The notes under the pieces were generated by a model. It made no database searches. It saw only the letters and a list, made by a program, of their open reading frames with translations, and had not been told where the DNA came from. Positions 24,357-37,004 of a stretch of DNA of 64,000 nt are shown here, piece by piece; the stretch's first letter is position 1; every line of letters begins with the position of its first letter. The position numbers and the translations under genes were made by a program. The stretch comes from Nemertoderma westbladi (Eukaryota > Animalia > Xenacoelomorpha): the NCBI GenBank assembly GCA_032718475.1, contig JAUCBJ010008352.1, positions 1-64,000 on the forward strand, in the 5' to 3' direction.

Positions 24357-26578
24357 CTGTTGTCGTGGCTGCGTGGTGCCGATAGGCGTCAGAACTTTAG
24401 AAGTCTCAGTAGGGGTGGCGTAGGTAACGGCTTTCGCGTTCGTCGGAAACGGTTTAGTCCGAGTCGGCGCAGAAATAGCTATCCCTTCTGCCGCGATATG
24501 ATGATCGGTATAATTCGATCGAGTCTCGATAATGGCCTCCCGCGAAATCAGTTGATAGACGTCGGTGAGTTTTAATAGCCCGCCGGCCTCTTCACGCTGG
24601 TACTGGATGCGTCGCCATTCTCGTCGAAGTCGATGATGAAGTCGACCGATTATCCTGATGAGAACCGTTGGTGCGTTAGTGTACTCGAGTTGTCCAATGG
24701 ACCGTAAAGTCCCTATAACATTTTTTATTTCGTCCGCGAGTCATAGAAGATCGATCGGTTTCGAAATGCTGCCTCCTCTACAGAGGTCTTCGATAATGGA
24801 TTTAGCCATGGCGACGTTACCGCCGTAAATCGAATACAAACGGTCGTACGCCAACTCAAAGGCATCGGGAACACCAATAAAGGTTTCCGCTAATCGTTTC
24901 GGCTCACCAGACAGGACTAGGAGCAAGTAATTAAACTTCTCCGTCGAGGTGAAAGCACACTTAGCGATCTGGGACTCTACGTAGTCTACCAGTGTGCGCC
25001 AGTGTTTCGCGTTGCCAGAGAACTTTGGCGGTTGCTGTGCCAGTAATCCGTGTCTAGCCACGAATTTCGCAATCTCGCTAACCAAATCCAACTGTCCGCG
25101 TCCCTGTTCGGTGGCGTCGTCCAGTCGTTCCCTTCCGCACGTTGTTCGTCGGTAGGAATTATTAACGGGATCTTCTTCTCGATGTGTCGGAGTCTGTCTA
25201 GTCTCCTGTTCTCGCCTTGGTGGTCGATGTTGTCTAGGTTGTTCTAACTCCACGCTGGTTCGTGATCGATCCGATGGTTGCGCTTCAAGTCGTTCTTCGA
25301 GTTGAGCTAGTCGGTCCGTCATCTCGGCGAACTGTTTGGCGCTGATCGTTTCCGCTGGTTGCAACGTGGGTTTCTGCTGGGGTGTTTCTCGTGGAGGATT
25401 GTCGATGTAGGGGTTCGTCGATCATTCCTCTCGTTTGTAATCCGCTGCCGCTGCCGCTCCAGTACGGAATATTTCCCGTTCCGTCGACTCCGAGTCACTG
25501 GATGAGTCGCTGTCGTCCGGATAAGGTGGCTGGCGGGTTCGCGTCCGGCGTATTACCTTTTGTCTCACTCGTTGGGGTCCAGAATCTATGGTTCTCCGTC
25601 ATTCGGTAGGCTCACAAGCCTTCCACGAAGTCGTAGGTCTCGTTAAACGTTGTTCGATCCCGTGGGTACTACCCACATCCATCCTCCTCCGTTGTTCGGC
25701 AGGCTCGCAAGCCTTCCACGAAGTCGTAGGTTGCGTCGAACATTGTGTCAAAGGTCGAGTAAAGTAGTCGGGTTTCGTAGTCGGTCTATAAATAACTGGG
25801 TTCGCACAGCACGTCACAGGTTTAACTACTAACGGCTTACTTACCTGTTTAATTGTCATAAACGCAGGTTCCTCTCTTCCTACAAGTAGACTACGACTTA
25901 CTGTAGGTGGACTAGTTACGTTACCTGCTAAAATTGGCGATGAAGTCGCCCTAGGTTGTGGTATTTCCGTCACAACAAACCTGCTACCTTGCGTCGAGCG
26001 CACAGGTGTTATTTCCTTAGGTTTCGTAACAAAGACCAGTTTTATCGGAGTCGTGGGTTTGAGCATAGGAATAACTTGGGGAAAACGTTTACAGTAATCC
26101 TCGACGAACTCCTCTCCTCGATCTATCGCTCCCACACTTCCTTCCTCGATTCGCTTCTGAATTCCGCGATATCGAGTTTCCATGCGATCCAGGGCAGACA
26201 AGTCGTGTCCAGCTCGCAATCTTATAGATCTATCTCTCGCGTCGAGTTCAAGGTCCGCTTGCGCATTCGCTGCCTCGCGCGATCTACGATTTAGTTCGAA
26301 CTGTAGTTGCATCTCCCTTTCACGTCGATCCGCTACTTGTTGTTGTGCCGCTAACTCCGCGTCCTGTATAGCTAAACGTGATTTTATTTGCCGTGCCTCC
26401 AACTGAGCACGTGCGTCAGATGCCTCTTTCTGTCGTGCTAAGTCCTCCTCTAATCTTCTCATCTCCGAGGCTTCGACTTCGGCTTGCGCCTTGATTTGCG
26501 CAATTCTCGTCTCGTCTTCTCTACGTTGTTTCTCTCCCTCGATGGCGATCTGTGCCATCCGACGTTGTGCTTCTTCAC
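24357..26578 (-). pseudogene. gag: BEL/Pao gag (coiled coil plus DUF1759-type capsid region), 5'-truncated
   Basis: PPKFSGNAKHW...EKFNYLLLVLSGEPKRL...AYDRLYSIYG; N-terminal E/R/Q-rich coil. Confidence 0.85.
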
Positions 26579-28064
26579 AAATCTTCACAAAATCAGGTTT
26601 TGAGAAATTTACCCACACCACCAATCAATCAAAGAAAGGGGGACAGTACGTGTTCACCCCTTTTAATCTCCCCCCCCCCCCCCCCAACCCTTCCCAACCA
26701 CCAATACATAACCGCGACATCTACCACCCACGGAAGGGTAGCACGAACTTATTTCCAATCGCACTTTAAATATGCAAAGCCAGGTGGTTTATAGGAATAT
26801 AATAAACGCAGTACTCGTTTTCATTATAAGCCTCTTTGCGTTCGTCCTGTTTTGTATTTAAGTATATTTCTTAAACGCAGGCTAGGTTATAATAATAATA
26901 ACTAGGGATGCGATCAATATGTGAAGCCAGGTGGTTTATTTAATAATATAGTCAACGCAGTTCTCGTCTTCTTTATATGCCTCGTTGCGCTCGTCGCTTG
27001 TCCTGTTTTGTCATAAAATATTTTTCCTAAACGCAGACTGACGATCTTTATACAGTTATAACTATGCGAAGTTTCGAAACTGTGCGAGTAACTGTTGATA
27101 CATCTATGTGGAGATGTGTGATATGTGGAGATGTGTGATACAACGCCAACGCATCTTATGCCGATGTAGTAATATGGGCATTGAAATAATATTAAATCAA
27201 TGTACACTCTTAAAGCTGCAGCGAAAAAATGTAGCTAATTTCCTAGGTTACATATAAAATAATAATATTATTTTTAAGAACATTAATTTTACTACTTTGC
27301 AAAAATTCAATTAAAAAATAACCAGACATATACATTGTGGAATAAACTATTTCAGAAGAACTATTTCAGCCATGCCATGGATTGTATTTATGTTATTATA
27401 TCTGTCATTTACCTGTGATAGCAATACAACACTTATAGTAGAGTCAATAGTCAATTCCTCTCTGGTTAGTCTACAGCCACAACTCCCAGCAAGCTCCACA
27501 CCAGCAGAGACTTGACCAATAATCATTCCCAGCACCTGGCTGCCTTAACACACATCCTTCCATCTATGTACCAGCATGTTGGCCAATAAATGAGCAGTAT
27601 TTAATGAGAATCAATTTTTTACACAGTTTTAATTACTTTAGATCAATTAAAGACACAATTATTAAAGCAAATCACTTGAACTAATTAAAAACTATAATAG
27701 AATGGCGCATGTGGATTACATCTGTATAATTTTTAAGTATAATTATTTAAATCTTATACTGTAAAACAATTAATTTCCTTTAAAAGGCAGGTTGAAAATG
27801 GTGTTTTTACCGTAATCAACTTAATTAACTAATTAACTGCTATTATCTTAGCTTCTCGAAGGCCACACGGAAATTCTACTTGGAAAATTTCTAAACTTTT
27901 GCCAAACAACATGTGTACCAAGTTTGGATAGATTTCATCAAAGATTGGCCGAGTTATTAACGTTTAAAATTGAACGCGACAGAACGACAGAACGACAGAA
28001 CGACAGAACGACAGGTTGATTAATGGTACCACTACGCTAAGGCTCACTCACTTTGTGAAGATTT
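26579..28064. mobile_element. Non-autonomous DNA element (Helentron/DINE-like or MITE) replacing the LTR-gag junction of element A
   Basis: 13-bp inverted ends AAATCTTCACAAA / TTTGTGAAGATTT, a (GACAGAAC)n microsatellite, an ...aataactcggcc...aaacttggtacacat core, and an internal ~150-bp duplication. Confidence 0.5.
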
Positions 28065-28065
28065 T

Positions 28066-29950
28066 GCGAATCCTAACTATCACTGACAGTCCTAAATACA
28101 GTAACTTGCCGCGGTGTGATTTATATGGTTTATATACGAGCTAGGTGGGTTGCAGACCTAGTGTAACAATACTGATCCCCCTGTCTGAATCAGCCTAAAA
28201 GAGGTCGTACCTAAATGTAACAATAACTGATCCCCCTGTACGAAATCAGTCTAAAAGGTCGGGCCTAAATGTAACAATACTGCTGCGCAGAAAAACAACA
28301 GTTTAATAACGAAGATGAAATACTCCTTCTTGCTGTAACTAAATATCTGATCCTAATTTACAAATACAGATAAATTCTGCCTAAATCTAAATTGCGCTAT
28401 CTAGTAGGAACTCTAAGGGAAATATGTTTTAGGGCGTGTGTGTGGGTGTGTTACAATAAAACAATTTTGGTGTATATCATTTACTAGGTTTTAGTAATTC
28501 TCTGACCGAAATAATACCGTACGCTAGCTACTAAAATAAGCTAGTCGCGTTTGGTAGAGCTTTATACTTACAAATGACGTCAAAGCTCTCTCCTTCCTAT
28601 CCACAACTCAACTGGGCAACCACGGTGTTAGTAACTACACCCGTGATCGGCACAAATACCAGATTCTGGTTGTAAGATAAGAAATAGGGGTTAATTGCTT
28701 CCGTACGTTAGCTGATCTGGTATACAAATTTGATTCTAGAACTTTGTTGCTGCGGTAGTTAGCAGCAATACCTATCAGTACGTGGCAAGGCGCAGTAGGA
28801 TATTAATAAAACCTCCCTAGGCCAAGCGGTGTGCCGGTAGCAGAAATACTCCTTACCTGATCAAATAACTAACTTCAGGCGGGGGTAGGGTACTAATGTA
28901 TGCTCTACAAAGCGAACCGGTACCAAACAGTCAGTACTACGAATCACTAAATTATGGAACATATGCTGTCCGTACCTAATGTGTACTCGCGTACTGACGA
29001 ATGGCAATAATTCGCACCTGTGAGGTATACAGGCAACCCAGGGGTTCGTACTACTGACAAGGGGGGGGGGGGGGGGGGGGGTTCTGCCAAAATATAGTTA
29101 TTTGATCCTAAATTTGCGGCGTCCCAGGACGGCGTCACGCTTACCCTGATCTATAGGTCTTACGTCAGGCAAGGGCGTCAAACAAACTCTTACCTTCCTC
29201 ATAAAGCGGGCGCTGCATGGCAAGTGGAGCATTTCGAAGGGTGAAGGGGGTGCGCGGTCTAATCTAATGTGGGCGCTAGCGTGTTGTGGACATCCTTTCC
29301 CTGCGTTGCTGACGGCCTAACGGTCTAGGCGGCCATCTTCCTGATGCTTTGCTGTCCCAAAGTTGGACAAATGCAGAAAAACATGTTCAGAAGTTTATAG
29401 TATATTTACAGTTTACAAAACTTTATCAAACAGAATTGCCAAATAGTTTCAACAAGAAACATAATAAACTGAATGAATCAAGTTTAACAAGAGTAGTGAA
29501 CTGTAAGTTGTACTAACTAAGAATGGTGTAGAGTGATAACCGAAGGCAAACCAGCCCTTTATATACTAAATCTGGGACATAGAATCTACTAGAACTTTCT
29601 AGAGTATTCCATGGCCTCACATTGGAGCAATAAGATATTCCATGCCCTATGATTGGCCTAACTCATCGTTCCATGTGTTGTACGCACCTCATTGGTTTGT
29701 CAAATTGTATGAAATGAAAATAAATTGCCCCAAAATGCAAATTTCCCGACTGGGATTCGAACTCGTAACCTATGTAATGCAACCAACGCCTTAACCATCT
29801 GACCACTACGCCACGAGATTAACTAGGGGTTTTATGTGTACTGATATGAGTAGGCATATTACATTACTGTAACTTAATCAAAATGCGTCGGATTTTCGAA
29901 AGTTTTTACATTATACTACAAATGCTATCCTATAGTGAAATAATTCATCA
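28066..29950 (-). repeat. 5' LTR of element A, truncated at its inner end
   Basis: Direct repeat of 10507-12392; the counterpart of 10132-10506 and the PBS are missing. Confidence 0.9.
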
Positions 29951-29955
29951 GATGT

Positions 29956-30519
29956 CATGTCGATGGGTTCGTCCTGGATCATCCTTCGGCCGGCGGGTAC
30001 ATCCTGTATCATCCTAGGGACAGCGGGTTCGTCGTGGAACAATTTCAGATCAGCTGGCTCGTCCCAGATCATCCTTTGGTCGGCGGGTTCGTCCTGGATC
30101 ATCCCCCGGTTGGCGGGTTCATCCTGGACCATCCTCCAGGCCGTGGGTTCATTGGGGATCAACTTCAGGTCGGCCGGTTCGCCCCAGATCGTCCTCCGGC
30201 CGACGGGTTCATCCTGGATCATCATCCGGTCCGACTGTTCGTCCCGGATCCTCCTCCAGTCGACAGGTTCATCCCAGATCATCCTCCAGTCAACGGGTTT
30301 GTCCACGATTGTCCTAGAGTCGGCGGGTTCATCAGGGATCAACTTTGGGTCAGCCAGTTCGTCCTGGATTGCTAAATTCCTCTCGGTGTGCCTTGAGACA
30401 CAGCGCATAACACGCTCAGCACAGATTAGTAGTTCACTGCGACTTCCCATTGTGGAGACCTGGTGTGCAGCCAACATCTTTTTAAGACGCACCGTTGTCA
30501 GCTTTCTAACGTTCTCCAT
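29956..30519 (-). pseudogene. N-terminus of the repeat-containing ORF: SAP-like domain plus 10-aa repeats
   Basis: VRKLTTVRLKKMLAAHQVSTMGSRSELLICA fits the SAP pattern; followed by the same DEPAD repeats as 9208..9918. Confidence 0.6.
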
Positions 30520-30779
30520 GATAAACCGTATGGTATGGTGCCGGTAGAAATAAAAAATAAAGCCGTAAAAATAAAAACTCGTCGATTTTCTTCATAAATC
30601 GGTATGGCGAGCGTGTGGTCCAGCCTCCAGCGAGGTTTTGTCTCAGCCAGAGACCTTAGCACAAGTTTGGTTTAATTTCGTCTGTGATAGACCTACTTAT
30701 TTCGTTTTTTTTAGATATATAGATATAGATATTTCTGCAAAGGAGATACAGTCTGACAGTATCGCCAATGGGAATATCT

Positions 30780-30995
30780 GCGCGCAAACTTCCATGTCGC
30801 GCGCGCAAACTTCCATGTCGCACGCGCAAACTTCCATGTCGCGCGCGCAAACTTCCATGTCGCGCGTGCAAACTTCCATGTCGAGCGCACAAACTTCCAT
30901 GTCGCGCGCGCAAATGTTTCTACACGGAAATGGCATAAAGTTTGCGCGCTTGACATGGAAGTTTGCGCGCGACATGGCCGTTATGGGCTTCCGTA
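30780..30995 (-). repeat. Right terminal inverted repeat of the IS3EU element, with ~6 21-bp units
   Basis: Inverted match to 915-1073. Confidence 0.9.
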
Positions 30996-31054
30996 ATATA
31001 CTCATGAACAACCTTAGAAATAACGGCGAGAAGCCCTTCTTGATGAGTTCCATG

Positions 31055-31718
31055 TGTTGACAGAATTTGGAAATTTTGTTTAAAAAAATGTTTGGCATTT
31101 TTCGACTCAAAATTACCGAAAAGTAAAAGTAAAATTTTTGTATTTTTTACACAAAAAATGCCATAACTTTTTTTAAAACAAAATTTTAAAAACACAATTT
31201 TGCGCTGAACGTTCCTCTACATAATTATGCAAACAGAACGAAAATCGGTTGTGTAGTTACAAAGTAGATAGAGAAAGTGTCCCAAAAAAGAGAAAGAGAA
31301 CGCGAGAAAAATGACATTTAAATTTCCTCCTGATTACAACTAACCAAACATGAACCACATTTGTGCATGCACCACACAGTGAACAATTTTAAAAATTTTT
31401 CAAAAATGATCTTCTTCTGCGGGTAAAATAGGAATACCTAGGTCAATAGGTCAATTGTTGGCGCTGATTGTGAAAATAGTAAAATATTTCAAAAATTTTG
31501 GGTGTTTGGTGGTCTGTTTTGGTATCAAATGTGGTGCTGCACCAAAATTAAGAAGTTTTCAAATTTTGGATGAAAATTACAAAAGTTGCCATAACTCGAG
31601 AACAAAACAACTTATCGAAAAACTGATTTCCGATACGGAATCACCATAGAATGTTACATTGGAAAACACATTAAAAGAAAATCTGATGAAAAAAAGAATG
31701 GGGGTGAACACCTTTAAG
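31055..31718. mobile_element. Possible non-autonomous DNA transposon fragment (Kolobok-like end)
   Basis: AT-rich repeat-like sequence ending CACCTTTAA (TTAA|AGGTG on the minus strand); partner end not identified. Confidence 0.3.
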
Positions 31719-31846
31719 TACCCACCTTAAGTAACTTACTTTTAGTATAAGTCTAACCGGTTTAAAAGCTTGATTACTACAGTACTTTGTCCGAAAATTG
31801 TGTAATGTTATCACTTCTACGCATTAACGAATTAAATTTGACCTAG

Positions 31847-32000
31847 GTATATGATGGCCCTTATAGCACAGACACCCAACTGGCCGTCTGGGAAGGCAGT
31901 GGGATTTCAGCTCAAATTACATCGAGTTCTAATGATATTACCCTCATATTTCAAACTGATTCGAAAGTTGTTACTACAGGATACTCTATCGACTATACAG
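31847..32000 (+). CDS. Host-gene exon: C-terminal half of a CUB domain
   Basis: ctag|GTA...ACAG|gtaagt; translates VYDGPYSTDTQLAVWEGSGISAQITSSSNDITLIFQTDSKVVTTGYSIDYT (YDG, SSSN, FxTD, GY of CUB); ends in phase 1. Confidence 0.85.
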
Positions 32001-32094
32001 GTAAGTCAATATCATACTTTCTATAAACTATTAGAATATACATCATACATACAATATATCATACAATATACATCATACATATAAACGTTAAAGG

Positions 32095-33185
32095 AATGTA
32101 TGGCACCCTAGGGTGTTATGTCAGGCGAATAAGCAAGGCCGAATGAAATAGAGATTTTGTTGAGGTATAGGTTGTTGCCGTTAGGTCCAAGAAGGGGGGC
32201 CACCAACCATACAGGTGCACCGACCGTGACGGTGACCGGATAACTCACGCGGACGGTAAACTGCTCGGTTGAGGAAGAGCACTAGGCAAGACTGGGTCGC
32301 CTCGTACAGCACAGCGAATACTACTACTAGGATCGGCATGCTGTATTGCAGCTGCATTTTTTAGAATGCTGTGCCGGCTTATCGACAAAATTGCACCGCC
32401 ACAACTCCCTATCACCCATGACATTTGCTAGATCATCCGCATCTTCAACGCCAGTGTCCTTTAAGATGCGTCTCAAGAAAGTCCTGGGCTGTCCACCATG
32501 CTTAATCACTCCATGAGGCTGCCAAAGTACAAGATTATGCACTGGCTGGTCCTCACGGCGAAAGCAATGTCCTGCAAAGCGGAGGCGATTTTGTTCTAGT
32601 GTCAAGCTTGGGGGAACCAATGAGACACCTCCAATGTTATATAGTGTCTGGTTAAAGATGAGTGCATTGAAATTGACACAATGAACCCGGCGTAGCATCT
32701 TGTGAATGTGCCGTCCAGAGATTTGGTGTCCTCAGCAGTTAGAGCCCAGCATGGACTCCCATAGAGGAGTACTGGAACTACTGCTGCTCTAAATAACCGG
32801 ACCTTTCCGATGAATTCTCGGTGACTTCCAAATCCTGGAACGCCTATTCAAGGCTGCCCATGCCTTTCCCTTACGTATTCGAAGGTCCTTACCTGACTTC
32901 CGGATCCATGATCCCAAGTAACATAAGTCATCCACATGCTCCAGCATACCATCTTTTGAGCTTATGCTCATCCGATCAGAGACTTGCTGAGGACTTTCAA
33001 AGTTAACTGTCAAAATTTTGGTCGTTCTGGAGTTAATAAAAAGACCAACACTAGAAGCAGCATGTTATAATGAGCTGAGGAGCCGTTGGGCTCCCTCTAG
33101 TGATTCTGAGAGTACTCATCAGCAAAGTCTAGATCAGTTAGGTACTTGGCAGGATTTCCTCGAGCACAGCGAGTACTAGCCACTG
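32095..33185 (-). mobile_element. 5'-truncated, decayed RTE-clade LINE
   Basis: TDLDFAD, VDDLCYLGSW, RKGKAWAAL, RLRFAGHCFRREDQPVHNLVLWQP, DRELWR. Confidence 0.8.
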
Positions 33186-34926
33186 GCTGAATATGAAATA
33201 TATATAAATACGTTCAAATATGTATAGTACGGTATTACAGTATCAGTAGTGTAGAGATACAACCCAACTACCATTACAAGGCATTCAATAGCTGATCATA
33301 ATTATTAGCACCTTGTACTGTACAAATAGAAAGTAGGAAATGTGGGGGCTGCTATCTACCGAGATTTGCAGTCAGATAATAAACAAAATAATCCGGGCGA
33401 GCCCCATTATTACCATCCCAGTTTAACACCACTTCCCTGGGATACGATGCGAGGTACAGTAGCATCCCATAATCAGGGAAGATGGACTCGCACTGGACTT
33501 CAATGGAGTAATGGATATGGCGAACAACGTACAAGCATAATGGATATGACTAAAAACAAGTACAAACTTAAAGTATATATCATGACCCCTTGCAAGGCAG
33601 AGGTGGTGATTCGAGTGGTCAAAAATATAAATAACCGAATTTGGTTTCAATACAAATACAGACACACATATAGATATATTAAACAATGATTGTAGAGGCA
33701 AAAAGACCCAAAAAATTAGATTGCTACACAAAATTGATATCTCCCAAAAAATGATACTGTATCTCCTAGAAGGGGCAAAATGAGCTACACATCGGAAAAA
33801 ATCCCTATCCTATTTCAAGGGGTGAATAAAAATAGCAGAAAATTTAACAAATTGCTCAATCAGAATACAGTACTGTGTATGTAATATATATAATATATCG
33901 GAGTAATCTGAGTACTGATTCGGTTTCGTCGGCAATGCTTCTTGAGCCAGCTGGTGATTTGTACGACTATCAAGGAGGCAAACCACCATCCTGAATAGAC
34001 CCAGAATTGTCCAAGCAACGGATCCCAGGGGCTGAAGAGAAGTGAAGGTGATGTAAGCAGTGGTGGATCAACAACATCATCAGCAGGAGATCCTCAGAAT
34101 GTTTCTACTGTTTTCATATCCAGATTTCTTGGAGAAATCAGACTACAATGGTGCAGATACAGATGGAACCTCCATGTGAGACAATGTCCAACAATAACAT
34201 ATAAAACCGTGTGAAACTGAACCTATAAAATCATATGAAAGAGGGTCCCATTACCTCAGGCTCAGCCTGAGCCAACCAACATCTGAGAATCGTGATATAG
34301 AGGTGTTAGATAGTGATCCAAAACATATCTCATTAAGACAGACGAGAATGTAAGCCTTGCAGCTATTGTACATCAGAGGGTAGCTTCACATCGTTATCTC
34401 CCCAACATCGCCAACACTGAATCGGATCTCTCAGAATAATCGAAGCCTGAAGCATCAGCCATATTATGTTCAGTACTAATAAGCATATGGCCGTTATGAC
34501 AAAGTGTATTACCTATGAGGTTCAAAATTGCTTGGTGTCTTTTACTAATACTAAAATAATTAATTGTCAAATATTTTTTTTTATATTTTAACAGACGCCA
34601 AGTTCCAAAGCATATTTAAGAACATATTCATGCCCTCATACATTGCAATTTGACATTTTTTATTTGTTTATTTGTTTTTGTTTTTTTGGTTTAAGCATTC
34701 TCCATGTTTCCTTAGAAACAGAGAAATGGCACAAGTAAAACTCGGTCTGTCATCAGTCGAATAATAATTTCGATTCCACTCCAAAAATTAGTTAAGGGGT
34801 AACTTTTAATTCTAGGTAATTATTTGCATACACATATATACATAGTACATACACATACATACCACCACCAACACATAATTAACATACATAAATATTGTTT
34901 TCACAGCAGAAGTCTTTTTTCAGATT

Positions 34927-36870
34927 TTGCCTATCGTCCATAATTACCTTCTTGGTGGCCTGCAGCCATCTCAAGCAACACAAGACGTTGAATTGGACAT
35001 TGTAATGTTGAACCATTTAAAAGCTGTAAAGTTAAAGAGCGAACCAAACCACCATCACCTTTGTGAATTTCTCGTACTAGAGCAAGCAGCCACTTACGAC
35101 GAGGGATATTGGGCTCGTCAACTATAACGAGATCAAAAGCTAGGTTTGGGGCTTTTGAAAACCATTTGGTTATTGTTTGAATTGTGGGAAGTTAGTGTTC
35201 CTTCCAAATACCCCAAAAGACATATTATTCTGCATGTAAGGCGACTGACTGCCTTATATAAAGCTTGGAGGTAATAGGCTTGTCTGTCACCATCCTCATG
35301 GCGTTCATATACCTGTAATGGGGATGGCCGGGGATTTATAAAATGAGCAGGGGTTATTGCCTCTATGCCATACGGATCATTTGATTTTCGGATTGATGGC
35401 AGGTGGTTAATAGAATCTGCAATCTCTAAAAGGAGCGTACGGAACATCTCATCCGAAAAATCTTGTTTTGATGCTATTATATTTGCCAATCAAAGCAACT
35501 GTGATTGAATGAATTAACCACTCATAGGCACTATCATACCATGGAGCATGGGGTGGGTTAAAGTGCCAGGGTTGATAGACCAACTGGAATTCAACCAACT
35601 TCTGTTTGAGAACAGGTTCATTCCGGTTCTCAATGAACTGCTGCAGTTCCCTTGGGAGCTGCAATAAAGTTAGAAGTTAGAGCCACAGTCTGAACGATAT
35701 TTGGTTGCACCCCCTGTCGATGCTACAAAACACTGAAGACAAAGCATACAGCTTTGCATGTCAGCATGATCGACAACATCAAGATACACAGCTCTAGTTG
35801 TAAACCAAGTAAATATTATCGCCCAATGTTTATATGTACGGTAGCCACAGCATACACTAAAGGTGCCAAACATATCCACACCAGTGGATGTGAAGGCTGG
35901 CTTCCATATTTGAAGACGTTCAGGTGGTAGATGGGCCTGAAGCTGCTCACAAGGACGTGCAAATAACCTATCTACAGGGTAGGCATTGATCTAGAATGTA
36001 CCGTAGAAATTTACATGTGCGAATTAAGTAGTAATGTTGACCAATGAACAGATCGTTTAATCCATGTAATAGCCCTTGCAGCTCTATTAAAGGATCGATA
36101 ATGCTGTATAAGATCAAGTAATAGGGGACTAACATTTTTTGGTAGTTTGAGGAAAGGTTTCATTATGAGGGTACTACAATCCGCAGCAGATTACTAAGGC
36201 TTAAAAACTTAATTTGTAATGCAGAATTGAAGTCTGGAACAGCCAATATCAGAGGCTTCACCTTGAGTTCCGCTCCCTTGCCGAGTGCAGTGTCAGATAG
36301 GGGAGGAGGCCAGTATTCTGATCCTTGTCATAAGAATTCTGGCCCATCAAACCAAAGTTTACACTCTAAGAATTTGTCACAAAGTAAATGGGGAATTGGC
36401 AGGGAGTTGGTCACCTGGTATATGCCTCCACTGAGCTACAACAGTGGAGAATGAAAGAATACCTTGAAATCGGTTTGCAACATAAACTACAAACTGAGCA
36501 GTCTCGTTATGTAAGTACTGCAGAACTAAGGATGCATCTGTCCACAATGCAAGTTTGGCCTCAGCCCATATGAGTTCTTTATGTACAGTAGAGTTCTAGC
36601 TAATTCAACAGCATATATTGCAGATTGCAATTCTGCTCTGGGTATGGGTAGCCCTTTTGTAGGCATGATATGAGTTTTGCTGCCTAACTATGTAGTACCA
36701 ATATTCTGGTCATCATCCCAAAAGAGATATGCAAATGGAACCGCTCCCATGCCTAAACTGCTTGCATCACTGAATGCGTAGAATGCCACAAATGGGGTAG
36801 GCTGAGGATCAGGCAAATGTTAACGTGGCAGGATCATAGTGTCCAAGTAGTGTAAGGCTGTTTCCCATTT
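34927..36870 (-). pseudogene. Heavily decayed BEL/Pao pol fragment (RNase H plus integrase)
   Basis: AFSDASSLG, TGVDMFG, WAIIFTWFTTRAVYLD, SDCGSNF, WHFNPPHAPW, ITPAHF. Confidence 0.8.
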
Positions 36871-37004
36871 AGAAAAGAAAAGAAATAAAGAGCTTGGCAT
36901 GGCATTGGCGGCAAATCAAACACGCAAAGCTTTTACAAATTTTATAATTCTTAACTTAGTACAGTAAGCTTACTACTGTACATAAACATTATATTGTGTT
37001 GCAG

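Larger units (their letters stand above)
10132..29950 (-). mobile_element. BEL/Pao LTR retrotransposon, element A (19.8 kb)
   Basis: TG...CA ends, 5-bp TSD GATGT (10127-10131 and 29951-29955), near-identical LTRs, and gag-PR-RT-RH-IN order with BEL/Pao motifs. Confidence 0.92.
3170..30640 (-). mobile_element. RTEX-like non-LTR retrotransposon (APE+RT), decayed and split by BEL element A; ends approximate
   Basis: Collinear minus-strand ORF1 pieces (30519-29956, 10126-6826) followed by endonuclease and RT. The 30-bp repeat ORF continues on both sides of the BEL insertion. Confidence 0.6.
915..30995 (-). mobile_element. IS3EU-type DNA transposon, ~30 kb including nested insertions
   Basis: Left end TACGGAAGCCCATAACGGCCATGTCGCGCG at 915 is the inverted repeat of the right end ...CATGGCCGTTATGGGCTTCCGTA at 30995. 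Both ends are flanked by ATATAC (909-914 and 30996-31001). TAYGG termini, 6-bp TSD and the integrase-type transposase fit IS3EU. Confidence 0.85.

Noticed and set aside
33342-34500. Possible further host exons or coding remnants
   Set aside because: No domain motif with matching splice sites found.
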